A DNA stretch of 64,000 bases, taken from positions 32,396 through 96,395 of the forward strand of contig NZ_BTTW01000008.1 of NCBI RefSeq assembly GCF_036245865.1, given 5' to 3'. The notes below the pieces were generated by a model. The model ran no database searches. It worked only from the letters and a program-made list of their open reading frames with translations, and was not told the origin of the DNA. A program made the position numbers and the translations under genes. Below are positions 38,734-48,251 of this stretch, one piece after another; positions within the stretch are counted from its first letter, which is position 1, and every line of letters starts with the position of its first letter. This DNA comes from Corallococcus caeni. GTDB taxonomy: Bacteria > Myxococcota > Myxococcia > Myxococcales > Myxococcaceae.

Positions 38734-39555
38734 CTACAGGAAGAAGTCCGGCAGCAGCTCCGCGCCGGGCACGGACTGGTACTTGTCGAAGTTGGTGACG
38801 CCCGCGGCGCGCAGCACCTCGTCGTCGATGCAGAAGTTGCCGGTGAAGGAGCGGCTGGGCTTGGTGAGGATGGCGTAGGCGGCGTCGGCCATGATCTCCG
38901 GCGTGCGGCTGCCCTTGATGGTGTCGTCACCGCCCAGCAGGTTCTGCACGGCGGCGGTGGCGATGACGGTGCGGGGCCAGAGCGTATTGACGGCGATGCC
39001 GTCGTCCTTGAGCTCCTCCGCCATGCCCAGGGCGCACAGGCTCATGCCGTACTTCGCGATGGTGTAGGCCACGTGGGGGCCGAACCAGCGCGGCTCCATG
39101 TTGAGCGGCGGCGAGTTGTTGAGGATGTGCGGGTTGGAGGACTTCTTGAGGTACGGGATGCACGCCTGCGAGCACGCGAACGTCCCGCGCGTGTTGATGC
39201 CGTGCATGAGGTCGAAGCGCTTGAGCGGCGTCTCCAGCGTGCCGGTGAGGCTGATGGCGCTGGCGTTGTTCACCAGGATGTCGATGCCGCCGAAGGTCTC
39301 CACGGCCTTGGCGACGGCGGCGTGGATCTGCGCCTCGTCGCGGATGTCCACCACGCAGGGGAGGGCCTTGCCGCCGGCCTCTTCAATCTCCTTCGCCGCT
39401 GAGTAGATGGTCCCGGGCAGCTTGGGGTGCGGGTCGGTCGTCTTCGCCGCGATGACGATGTTGGCGCCGTCGCGGGCCGCGCGCAGCGCGATGGCCTTGC
39501 CGATGCCGCGGCTGGCGCCGGTGATGAAGAGGGTCTTGCCTTGGAGGTTGGACAT
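38734..39555 (-). CDS. SDR family oxidoreductase
   Basis: TGASRGIGKAIA (Rossmann), NNAS, YTIAKYG catalytic motif; trimmed to Met13. Confidence 0.85.
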   Translation of the reverse strand: MSNLQGKTLFITGASRGIGKAIALRAARDGANIVIAAKTTDPHPKLPGTIYSAAKEIEEAGGKALPCVVDIRDEAQIHAAVAKAVETFGGIDILVNNASAISLTGTLETPLKRFDLMHGINTRGTFACSQACIPYLKKSSNPHILNNSPPLNMEPRWFGPHVAYTIAKYGMSLCALGMAEELKDDGIAVNTLWPRTVIATAAVQNLLGGDDTIKGSRTPEIMADAAYAILTKPSRSFTGNFCIDDEVLRAAGVTNFDKYQSVPGAELLPDFFL

Positions 39556-39645
39556 GGGGCGCATCCTCGCCCAGTCCTCCACCGCGTGCATCAGGAAGAC
39601 AGCATGGGCACGGGGGGCATGGGCGCCCCCGGCCCGGACTGTCGG

Positions 39646-40269
39646 TTACTGCGTGATGCAGGTGATGGTCTCCAGCATCGTCACGTTGGAGTTGCCGGTG
39701 GTGTTCCAGCTGCCCACGCCGTTGGTGCCAACGATGTACGTGTACGCGGAGCCCCGGATGGAGATGGTGAAGCTGCGAGCCCCGATGTGGCCCAGGTCCT
39801 GGCAGAAGCGGCGGGCGGTATCGGAGGCAGTGCTGAAGTTCCCGGTGGGGAAGTTCGGCTGGATGGTGCCCACCTGGTAGCCATTCTTCATCGGCGTCGT
39901 GTACGTGACGTCCGAATCGGAGGTGATGCAGGTGATGGTTTCCAGCATCGTCACGTTCGCGTTGCCGGTGGTGTTCCACGGCCCCACGCCACTCGCTCCG
40001 ACGACGTATGTGTACGCGGAGCCCCGGATGGCGGTGGTGAAAACCTGCGCGCCGCCGTAGCCCTGGTCCTGACAGAAGCGGCGGGCGGTATCGGCGGCAG
40101 TGCTGAAGTTCCCGGTGGGGTAGTTCGGCTGGATGGTGCCAATCTGATAGCCATTGACCTTGGGCGTCACGTACGTCTGGGACGTGTCAGCGCTGGCGGA
40201 AGACGCGAAGCCCACGACGAAGAGCACGGACACGAAGAGGGAGGGGAGACCGCTGCCGCGACGAAGCAT
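39646..40269 (-). CDS. Secreted protein built from two ~85-aa internal tandem repeats
   Basis: Signal peptide MLRRGSGLPSLFVSVLFVVGFASSASA; repeat TYVTPKVNGYQIGTIQPNYPTGNFSTAADTARRFCQDQG...NVTMLETITCIT twice. Confidence 0.6.
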   Translation of the reverse strand: MLRRGSGLPSLFVSVLFVVGFASSASADTSQTYVTPKVNGYQIGTIQPNYPTGNFSTAADTARRFCQDQGYGGAQVFTTAIRGSAYTYVVGASGVGPWNTTGNANVTMLETITCITSDSDVTYTTPMKNGYQVGTIQPNFPTGNFSTASDTARRFCQDLGHIGARSFTISIRGSAYTYIVGTNGVGSWNTTGNSNVTMLETITCITQ

Positions 40270-40375
40270 GTATTCCTCGGTTTGTAGCTGAAACGGGGGG
40301 AACGGGACCGTAGCGACTCCCCTGGCTGAATGCATCCCGCGTGAGACGTACGCGCCTGGTCTACGCTGCGCCCCC

Positions 40376-43060
40376 ATGCGACTGATCCCACTCCTGGTCC
40401 TGGTGGTGTTGACCGTCCGCTGTGCCCACGCGCCGGAGGCCGCGCCGCCTGCTTCCGCGCCGGCCGCCGTGTCCTGGCCGGAGGCCCTGCCTCCCGCGCT
40501 GCGGCTGCCGGACAGCGTGCGGCCCGTGCACTACGCGCTGGACCTGAAGCTCGTGCCCACGGAAGACACGTATCCTGGCAGCGTCACCATCGACGTGGAG
40601 GTCCACGAGCCGGTGCGTCAGGTGTGGCTGCACGCGCAGGACCTGGACGTCACGCGGGCGCGCGTCACCGTGAAGGGCCGCACCTTCGACGCGAAGCCCG
40701 TCACCGCGAACGAGGGACGTCTGGGATTGCTGCTGCCAGAGGAGCTTCCCGTGGGCAAGGCGCAGCTGCTGCTGGACTTCACCGGCAAGGTGGACCGCGA
40801 GCGCAGCCAGGGGCTCTACGGGGTGGCGGAGGGCGGAGAGTCCTACCTCTACACGTTCTTCGAGCCCATCGACGCGCGCCGCGCCTTCCCGTGCTTCGAC
40901 GAGCCGACCTTCAAGATGCCGTGGCGCCTGCGCTTCACCGTGAAGGCCGGACACGTGGCGCTGGCCAACCATCCGGTCGTGTCGCGCGAGCCGCTGGCGG
41001 ACGGGCTGGAGCGCGTCACCTTCGCGGAGAGCAAGCCGATGCCCAGCTACCTCGTGGCCTTCATGGTGGGGCCGTTCGACGTGGTGGAGGCGGGCACCGT
41101 GGGCCGCACGAACGTGCCGCTGCGCTTCGTCGTCCCGAAGGGCCGGGGCGCGGAGACGCGCTACGCCGCCAGCATCACGCCTCGCATCGTGAAGGGATTG
41201 GAGGACTTCTTCGACCAGCCGTATCCCTACGAGAAGCTGGATGTGGCCGTGGTGCCCCGCTACTGGGGGACGATGGAGCACCCGGGCATCGTCGCGCTCG
41301 GGCAGCCGCTCACGCTCATCCGGCCCGAGGAGGAGACGCTGGCCCGCCGCAGGTCCTACGCGGTCATCGCCAACCATGAGCTGGGGCACTACTGGTTCGG
41401 CGACGTCGTCACCTGCTCGTGGTGGAACGACATCTGGTTGAACGAGTCCTTCACCGCGTGGCTGGACCGGCAGACGGTGGACCGGCTGGAGCCGTCCTGG
41501 GACTTCCAGCAGGAGCGCGCCATGTCCGCGACACGGTCCGCGCTGGAGTCGGATGCGCTGGAGGCGGCGCTCCCCGTGCGCAAGCCGGTGGAGAGCAATG
41601 ACGACATCGTGGGCTCGTTCGACAACGGGACGACGTATGACAAGGGCTCGTCCGTCATCGCCATGTACGAGGCCTGGCTGGGGCCGGAGCGCTTCCGTGA
41701 CGTGCTGCGGGGCTATGTCCGCAAGCACGCGTGGAAGGTCGCGACGCTGGAGGACTTCCTCGCGGACCTGTCCCAGGCTGCGGGGCCGGAGGTGGCCCAG
41801 TCCTTCGGTGGGTTCATCGTCCAGAAAGGGGCGCCGCGAATCAGCGCGCAGCTGTCGTGCCCCGCGGGCGGCGCGCCGACGGTGAAGCTGTCGCAGGAGC
41901 GGTACCTGCCCGTGGGCTCCAAGGCGGACGCAAAGCAGGAGTGGCAGGTGCCCGTGTGCCTTCGCGTGGGGACGGGCACGCAGTCGTCGCGGGTGTGCTC
42001 GATGTTGCAGGGGGCCTCGGCGGAGGTGGCGCTGCCCACGAAGCAGTGCCCGGCGTGGGTGCTGCTCAACGCGGGCGGCATGGGCTACTACCGCAGCGGC
42101 TACACGCGCGAGCAATTGACGAAGCTGCTCGCGACCCCGGTCGCCGCCTTCACTCCGGCGGAGCAGATGGCGCTCTGGGCGGACGTGGACGCGGCGGTGG
42201 AGCGGGGCGACCTGCCGCTGGGCGAGGCGCTGAAGGCGGTGCCTGCCTCCGCGAAATCGCCGAACCGGCTCGTGGTGCAGAGCGGTGCTTCGCTGCTCTC
42301 TCAGGTGCGCGTGGATCAGCTCACGCCGGAGGAGCGCCAGCGCTTCCGAGCGTGGGTGGCGTCGCTCTACTCCGCGCGCGCGAGGGCCATGGGCTGGGTG
42401 CCGAAGAAGGGCGAGGACGACTCGGTGAAGGAGTCGCGCTCGCTGTTCCTCCGGCTGGCTGGCGGGACCGGGGAGGATCCGCGGCTGGTGAAGGAAGCGC
42501 TGCCCCTGGTGCGCGCATGGCTGGCGGACCGCAAGTCGGTGGACCCGGAGGCGTTCGGCAGCGCGCTGCCCCGGGCGGCGACGCATGGCGATGCGGCGCT
42601 GTTCGACGCGCTGCTGGAGGCGGCGAAGAAGGAGCAGGACCGCAGCGAGCGGACCCGGCTGCTGGCGTCCCTGTCGTACTTCCGGAACCCGGACCTGCTG
42701 TGGCGGGCGCTGGGGGTCGTGGTCTCGCCGGACTTCGACGTGCGGGACTCGCAGGGCATCCTGGGGATGGCGTTGATGATGCCGGAGTCGCAGTCACTGG
42801 CCTGGAACTTCTACCAGACGCACTTCGATGCACTGACCCAGCGGCTGCGCTCGGATGAGCTGGGCAGGCTGATTGGACAGACGGGGAACCTCTGCAACGA
42901 CATCGACCTGGCGCAGGTGGAGACGTTCCTCAGGCCTCGCGTGGACAAGATCGAAGGCGGCCCGCGCGCGCTCGCCCGGGCCCTGGAGTCCATCCGACTG
43001 TGCATCGAGTCCCAGAAGGTCCAGGCCCCGAGCGTCAAGGCGTTCCTCCGCACCCGGTGA
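40376..43060 (+). CDS. pepN: Aminopeptidase N (M1 family)
   Basis: Signal peptide; GTMEHPG (GAMEN-like); HELGHYWFGDVVTCSWWNDIWLNESFTAW (HExxH..E). Confidence 0.9.
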   Translation: MRLIPLLVLVVLTVRCAHAPEAAPPASAPAAVSWPEALPPALRLPDSVRPVHYALDLKLVPTEDTYPGSVTIDVEVHEPVRQVWLHAQDLDVTRARVTVKGRTFDAKPVTANEGRLGLLLPEELPVGKAQLLLDFTGKVDRERSQGLYGVAEGGESYLYTFFEPIDARRAFPCFDEPTFKMPWRLRFTVKAGHVALANHPVVSREPLADGLERVTFAESKPMPSYLVAFMVGPFDVVEAGTVGRTNVPLRFVVPKGRGAETRYAASITPRIVKGLEDFFDQPYPYEKLDVAVVPRYWGTMEHPGIVALGQPLTLIRPEEETLARRRSYAVIANHELGHYWFGDVVTCSWWNDIWLNESFTAWLDRQTVDRLEPSWDFQQERAMSATRSALESDALEAALPVRKPVESNDDIVGSFDNGTTYDKGSSVIAMYEAWLGPERFRDVLRGYVRKHAWKVATLEDFLADLSQAAGPEVAQSFGGFIVQKGAPRISAQLSCPAGGAPTVKLSQERYLPVGSKADAKQEWQVPVCLRVGTGTQSSRVCSMLQGASAEVALPTKQCPAWVLLNAGGMGYYRSGYTREQLTKLLATPVAAFTPAEQMALWADVDAAVERGDLPLGEALKAVPASAKSPNRLVVQSGASLLSQVRVDQLTPEERQRFRAWVASLYSARARAMGWVPKKGEDDSVKESRSLFLRLAGGTGEDPRLVKEALPLVRAWLADRKSVDPEAFGSALPRAATHGDAALFDALLEAAKKEQDRSERTRLLASLSYFRNPDLLWRALGVVVSPDFDVRDSQGILGMALMMPESQSLAWNFYQTHFDALTQRLRSDELGRLIGQTGNLCNDIDLAQVETFLRPRVDKIEGGPRALARALESIRLCIESQKVQAPSVKAFLRTR

Positions 43061-43166
43061 GTGCCCCGCGTCCGGCCTGCCCAAGGACGCCTGAACTTCC
43101 TGGCGAGAGGCCTTCACCAGGAGGCTCCTGACGACGCGCGTGGCTGGATTCGCGGGAGGCCCGGCT

Positions 43167-44594
43167 TCAGGCGGGGACGAACGTGCCGTGGAACGTGGGG
43201 GGCAGGGCGTGCTCGAAATGGCAGCGCGCCACGGGACCCGCGTCCAGCCGCTCGGCGTCCAGCACGGCCACGTGGGTGGTGTCCGTCTTCGTGTCGAAGA
43301 CCTGGGTGAGCAGCCAGCCGTCGTCCTCGGTCCGCGAGCCGGGGCGGGGCACGAAGACGGGCTCGGAGGGGTACTGGCCTGTTTCCAGCGCGGCCCGCGT
43401 CACGCGGCCGCTGCCCAGGTCCAGACGCACCAGCGCGTCATAGAGGCCGCGCCGGGCCTCCTGGGTGCCGTGCGCGCCCAGGTAGACCGCCTGGTACGGC
43501 CGGCACTCCACGCTGGGGGCGACGCGGGGGAACTCGCAGCTCAGGTCCAGCAGGGGCTCGCTGCGGAACGTGCGGGCCTTCAGGTCGATGCGCGCGCGGT
43601 GGAGCATGCCGTCGGCGTCGGTGGATGGATTGCCGCGCAGCAGGTCCCCCAGCCACTGGTTGGACGCGAAGTCGGGGTAGCGCACGTAGTCCACCACCAG
43701 CGTGTCGCCGTCCTCGTAAGCGTTGGAGAAGTGCCAGTTGAAGAAGGAGTCGGCGGGGATGCGGATGGGGTGCGCCACGTCGTCGATGGGCACCACCACC
43801 ACCTCCGACGCCGCGCCCGGCCGGAAGGAGACGTTGTCCGCGAACGCGCCGATGCGCAGCAGCATCTTCAAGACGTTGATGCTCATCGCCGGCAGGAAGA
43901 AGACGAGGTAGCGGTCCGTGACCGTGAAGTCATGGACCATGGTCGCGCCGGGCAGCGGCACGGACCCCAGGTGCCGCGCCTTGCCGTCGTCCGGCAGGGC
44001 ATACAGCTCCAGCGTGTTCACCCGGCCGTGGTGCTGGCCGAAGTTGTAGCGCGTCTTTCGCGACGGGACGCGGTGGGGGTGCGCGGAGAAGGACTTCAGC
44101 ACGGCGCCGTCGAGGTTCGTCTCGCCCAGGGTGGTCAGGTCCTCCGGGGACAGCTCCACGGGGAGGTTCGGCTCGTGCAGCGCGTACAGCCGGCCGTTCC
44201 ACGGCAAGAGCGCCGTGTTCGCGTTGTTCTTCTGGGGGTTGAGCAGCTTGTTGCGCAGCGGCGTGGGCATGGCGTAGCTGCCATACAGCTGCCGGCCCGC
44301 CTTGCGCTCCGTGACCATGGTGCGCGAGTCCACGAGCCGGGCCGCGCCCTGGACGCCGTCCGGCCCGAAGCGCACGCCCATCACGCCGCCGTCACCGTCG
44401 AACCAGTGCTGGAGCGGTGCCCCATGCACGTCGAACGTCCACGCGCCCAGGCGGAACAGCGTCCCGCGGAGGCCTTCGGGGAGGTGTCCCTCCACCCGCA
44501 GGGGTTGGAAGCCGTGCTGGTGGGAGATGTTGCGGAAGGCCCGATTCCAGGCCGGAGGGGGAAGGGAGGCCGGCAGCGGCGTCGCGGTGGTCAT
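43167..44594 (-). CDS. Carotenoid cleavage dioxygenase (RPE65/CCD family)
   Basis: Conserved His ligands in FSAHPHRV, MVHDF, NWHFSNAY, FHGTF. Confidence 0.85.
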   Translation of the reverse strand: MTTATPLPASLPPPAWNRAFRNISHQHGFQPLRVEGHLPEGLRGTLFRLGAWTFDVHGAPLQHWFDGDGGVMGVRFGPDGVQGAARLVDSRTMVTERKAGRQLYGSYAMPTPLRNKLLNPQKNNANTALLPWNGRLYALHEPNLPVELSPEDLTTLGETNLDGAVLKSFSAHPHRVPSRKTRYNFGQHHGRVNTLELYALPDDGKARHLGSVPLPGATMVHDFTVTDRYLVFFLPAMSINVLKMLLRIGAFADNVSFRPGAASEVVVVPIDDVAHPIRIPADSFFNWHFSNAYEDGDTLVVDYVRYPDFASNQWLGDLLRGNPSTDADGMLHRARIDLKARTFRSEPLLDLSCEFPRVAPSVECRPYQAVYLGAHGTQEARRGLYDALVRLDLGSGRVTRAALETGQYPSEPVFVPRPGSRTEDDGWLLTQVFDTKTDTTHVAVLDAERLDAGPVARCHFEHALPPTFHGTFVPA

Positions 44595-44636
44595 GGCGGG
44601 TTCGAGAGGGTGCGCGTGGAGGGAGGTCGCTTGGAA

Positions 44637-45092
44637 TCAGGGCGTGGGCTGGGCGATGACCGCCTGCTGTCCGCGCGCCTCGGCCTCGTCGCGGCGAATC
44701 CCCATGAGCGTCCACATTGCGCCGCTGAAGTCGATGCAGCCGAAGAATGTGACGATGGGATTACACAGGCCCAGCACCGTGCAGACGATGAGCACTCCCA
44801 CGATGAACGTGCGCCCCATCACCGCCCAGACGAAGAACTGGCGCATGTCCAGGATGGCCGCCTGATGAGACATGAACGACATGGACACCAGCAGTGCGCC
44901 CGCGAGCCTCATGAAGAACAGGTCCCCGTCCGCGGCCCCGGGTGAGATGCCCATCACCTTGAGGAACAGCCCGGGCACCAGCAGCAGCGTGAAGGCGAGC
45001 GGGATGGTGTAGTAGACCCAGATATACATCGAGCGTCCCGCGTGGCTCAGCGTGGACAGCTTGGGGAACACCTTCGGTGCGAAGAGCATCAT
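44637..45092 (-). CDS. Small integral membrane protein (4 predicted TM helices)
   Basis: Hydrophobic segments; trimmed to Met67. Confidence 0.45.
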   Translation of the reverse strand: MMLFAPKVFPKLSTLSHAGRSMYIWVYYTIPLAFTLLLVPGLFLKVMGISPGAADGDLFFMRLAGALLVSMSFMSHQAAILDMRQFFVWAVMGRTFIVGVLIVCTVLGLCNPIVTFFGCIDFSGAMWTLMGIRRDEAEARGQQAVIAQPTP

Positions 45093-45270
45093 GCGGACTC
45101 CAGGGGCGCGGGCTTGAGGCGGTGCCGGGAGCGTAGTGGAAGTCCCATGTTCCGCGCATCCCGGGACCCGGCATGGCTTCAGGGGACATGGAGGTCGCCT
45201 GCCCGCCCACCTCGCGTGCCCCCCTCCGCTGACGGCTGTACGCGCTACGCGCCGGGATCGAACGGCTTCA

Positions 45271-46341
45271 TCAGCGTATCCGCTCGCCACAGTACTGACA
45301 GGTGTCCGTCGTCTTCAGGTACTCGCTCTGCCCCCGTTGGTACACGGGGCAGCCCGAGTTCTGGCAGACATAGCGCACCTCGTATTTGTCCTTGTTGCAG
45401 TCCCCGCACTTCGTCTCTCCCGTCCAGGACTCGAAGCGGTTGCAGGCCTTGTTGTGGCACGCGAACTTGGGGACGGGGATGACCGGGGCGGGAGGCTTCG
45501 GCTGGCCCCATCCCAACGGCGGGCCGCCAGAGCCCATGGCTTGACTCCCGAAGCTCGAGGACTTGCCACCGAAGGACGGGCTGCCGAAGGACGGGCTGCC
45601 GAAGGACGGCGCTGACAGTCCTGGCTGACCGCGCCCCAGGTTGGCGAAGGGATCCACCCGCGGCGTCGACGACACGCCGCCCATGTTCCAGGATGGCGGC
45701 TGGGAGGGCTGGCCGACCTTCTCCGCCATGAGCTCTTCGAGCGTCTGCGCATGGACCTCCTCCCGGATCTCCGCTCGCACCCGGGTGCGGGCGGCGAAGG
45801 CGGACAGCTCCGGGCGCAGGAGGACCAGGTCGTCGGTGTATGACTGAGCCTGGCATGTCGTCACATGCACGACCTCGAACTCCGTGGCCTTGATGGCCTC
45901 CGAGAGCAGGGTCGGGTGATTGAACTCCGTGACGAACAGCGGACGCAGGCCGTAGATGGACACGCTCTCCAACGCGGAGATGGAGACCTCCGGGAAGGTC
46001 TTGTTGCTGCCGATGACCTTGGGGTAGTCCGCCAGCACGGTCGCGGCGGCCCACAGCTCCGGCGACAGATCATCGATACTTCGAGGGAAGTTCGCCTTCC
46101 GGACGGACTCGTAGTTCGCGGTCGAGATCCGCGCCAGGTCCCCTTGCCGGATGGGCGCTACGTCGGGGTACCCCTGAAGGTAGAGGACGACGTACTTGGC
46201 CACCTCGTCCGCGAGGGTCGTCTGTGGCGGGCCGTAGAAGATGATGTTCTTGCCCGCGGTGAAGCCCATCTTTTCCTTGTTCTTGAGCACCGCGCCGTGG
46301 CCGTAGAACACGCCGTGGAGCTTCCCTTCGATTCTGGGCAT
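45271..46341 (-). CDS. Hypothetical protein with SFGSPSFGSPSFGG low-complexity linker and C-terminal Cys-rich (10 Cys) double zinc-ribbon
   Basis: CHNKACNRF...CGDCNKDKYEVRYVCQNSGCPVYQ...CQYCGERI; trimmed to Met52. Confidence 0.5.
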   Translation of the reverse strand: MPRIEGKLHGVFYGHGAVLKNKEKMGFTAGKNIIFYGPPQTTLADEVAKYVVLYLQGYPDVAPIRQGDLARISTANYESVRKANFPRSIDDLSPELWAAATVLADYPKVIGSNKTFPEVSISALESVSIYGLRPLFVTEFNHPTLLSEAIKATEFEVVHVTTCQAQSYTDDLVLLRPELSAFAARTRVRAEIREEVHAQTLEELMAEKVGQPSQPPSWNMGGVSSTPRVDPFANLGRGQPGLSAPSFGSPSFGSPSFGGKSSSFGSQAMGSGGPPLGWGQPKPPAPVIPVPKFACHNKACNRFESWTGETKCGDCNKDKYEVRYVCQNSGCPVYQRGQSEYLKTTDTCQYCGERIR

Positions 46342-46573
46342 GGCCTCTGTGCCTTTCTCGAGTTCGACGAATGGGTCCGCGGCATCGTACCTCGGAGCCA
46401 CCGTCAGCCTCCCACGGGCTTCTCGCGAGCCCTGCGAGACTGGGGAACTCGGGTCGCTCGCGTCCGTGAGCGGGTTGCCCCTGTGGGGCCGCATGTGCCC
46501 CCCGTGTGCCCCTCCAGCCGGGGTTTGCTATCGCCCTGCCCACAGGTTCAAGTCCCGTACCCCTCGCTAAAAC

Positions 46574-46798
46574 GTGACCATGCGTCTCCGAGCCTGCATC
46601 GCACTTCTCCTCTTCCTCTCTGCCTGCGCGACTTCAGCGCCGAGACCAAGGGCTCGCGTGACGCGGAACCCGAGGATCGCCAATCTCCAGCGAGCGGCGA
46701 CGTTGCCGTGGACTGACAGGGGGCGGTGCGTCCGTCCACGAGGCTTCCCAGCCTTGGCCCGTGCTGGTGGAGCGCTGCTATCCGGCTCTCGACCATGA
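46574..46798 (+). CDS. Short ORF encoding a lipoprotein signal peptide followed by ~55 aa; possible 5' remnant of a lipoprotein toxin gene (frame differs from the downstream toxin ORF)
   Basis: MTMRLRACIALLLFLSAC lipobox; ends in a frame different from 46761..47498. Confidence 0.3.
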   Translation: MTMRLRACIALLLFLSACATSAPRPRARVTRNPRIANLQRAATLPWTDRGRCVRPRGFPALARAGGALLSGSRP

Positions 46799-47498
46799 CC
46801 GGATCGAGTTCCACGACACCACGGGGAGATGCACGGTCGCCTCAGCGGATGCGGCAGCCGTGGGGCTCGGGTTCTGCGTGCTGGCGGCTCCTGAGATTGC
46901 CGTGGGAGCAGTGATCGTGCTTGGCGTGGTGGTGATCGCCGTCGCCATTCAAGAAGCGCTGGATGCCTATGAACTCCGCCACGCCTACCCAGAGGAAGCA
47001 GGGAGTTCACGAGGAACGAAGGTGGCATCTCGGGATGCCGAAGCACAACGCAATCCCAGGCTGGAGCCCGAGCCAGCGGGGCAGGGCAGGCAGCCCCCAG
47101 TGCCGCCTGTGCCCGTAGACCGGACGGGCCACGCCAGTTGCGAGCCTGTTCCAGTGCCTCACGCGGGCGGAGACCCCGCGCATAACGAGTGCGCCGACGA
47201 GTTCCCTCCCAACCGTTATCCCGGGATGGACGTGCTCGCTGGCGGCGTGCGCTTCGATGCGTTGCAAGTCGGCGTGCGCGTGCTGTGGGAGATCAAGACG
47301 CATAAATTCGACACGTATAATAACTTCGTCCAGAGACAGGAGATTGCAAAGGAGTTGGAGCAAATAGAAAGGGAGCAAGAAGCAGCAGCGGCATGCGGAT
47401 TTGGTTATGCGATCGGGGTGAGCACCCAGGCGCATAGAGACGCGCTGTTGCGAGCGAATCGATTCCTCAATGTCTTCGTTACAGGATGCAAACGATGA
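46761..47498 (+). CDS. PD-(D/E)xK restriction-endonuclease-fold toxin-like protein (reminiscent of Tox-REase-5 of polymorphic toxin systems), GTG start, N-terminal TM helix
   Basis: GMDVLAGGVRFDALQVGVRVLWEIKTHKF (D...E.K); overlaps the downstream gene by 13 nt. Confidence 0.5.
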   Translation: MLVERCYPALDHDRIEFHDTTGRCTVASADAAAVGLGFCVLAAPEIAVGAVIVLGVVVIAVAIQEALDAYELRHAYPEEAGSSRGTKVASRDAEAQRNPRLEPEPAGQGRQPPVPPVPVDRTGHASCEPVPVPHAGGDPAHNECADEFPPNRYPGMDVLAGGVRFDALQVGVRVLWEIKTHKFDTYNNFVQRQEIAKELEQIEREQEAAAACGFGYAIGVSTQAHRDALLRANRFLNVFVTGCKR

Positions 47499-48250
47499 CC
47501 ATTCAGAAAAGCCTCGATCTGACAGTCTACGCGCCAGTGCTCGTGGCCAATGAGCGCCGCACACTCGCTGTCGTCCATGGCATGGAACAGGCGCTGCCTG
47601 GCTTGCGCCTGAAGTGGGAAGTCGGCGAAGGAGGGCGCCTCATCGAGTTGCCGCAACGCGACGCGTGGCTCGTTGAGGCGACATCACGTGGAAAGCTCCC
47701 GCTCCTGTGTAATGGCGACGAGAGTTACCCCGTGACGGTTTCGGGACGGGGGAGAGCGGGACGCCTCGGCCCGGGCGGTCAACCTCTGTTCGACGTCCGT
47801 GCGGAGTTGCCGCTAGACGCGGACGTTATCGCGGCATCGGGGGAGATGTTGGAGCGCGTAGCGGAGGGCGCTTGCGCGTTCTGGGGACATGCGACGCCGG
47901 ATGACGCTGCGCTAGACATCGCGCATCAGACAGCCCCCACGCTGGAAGGGCCGCCATCCCCACGTCGCGGGTTGCCTGCCCTCAAGCTCCTCGATCGGAT
48001 CCGCTCGCCTGAGATCCCCTATTACCTAGGGTGGCTGAACTACTGGTCGGCCGCTGCCGCGCAGGCCATTGGATTCCCGGACCCGGCCCGGGACGCGGAC
48101 CTGCTTTCTCGGTCGCGTCGCACGGAGTCGGGCGGGTGGGTCGTGCAGCTCACCGACGCGCCGCTCGACCTGGACAACCCCGTCCACCTGGACGCGCTCC
48201 TGCGCGCCTATGAGCGGTTCCCTGCGATTGGCGGGCGCTCGGCCCCTTGA
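47486..48250 (+). CDS. Putative cognate immunity protein (Imm52-like by context)
   Basis: Start overlaps the toxin stop; no catalytic motif; cytoplasmic. Confidence 0.45.
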   Translation: MQTMTIQKSLDLTVYAPVLVANERRTLAVVHGMEQALPGLRLKWEVGEGGRLIELPQRDAWLVEATSRGKLPLLCNGDESYPVTVSGRGRAGRLGPGGQPLFDVRAELPLDADVIAASGEMLERVAEGACAFWGHATPDDAALDIAHQTAPTLEGPPSPRRGLPALKLLDRIRSPEIPYYLGWLNYWSAAAAQAIGFPDPARDADLLSRSRRTESGGWVVQLTDAPLDLDNPVHLDALLRAYERFPAIGGRSAP

Positions 48251-48251
48251 G

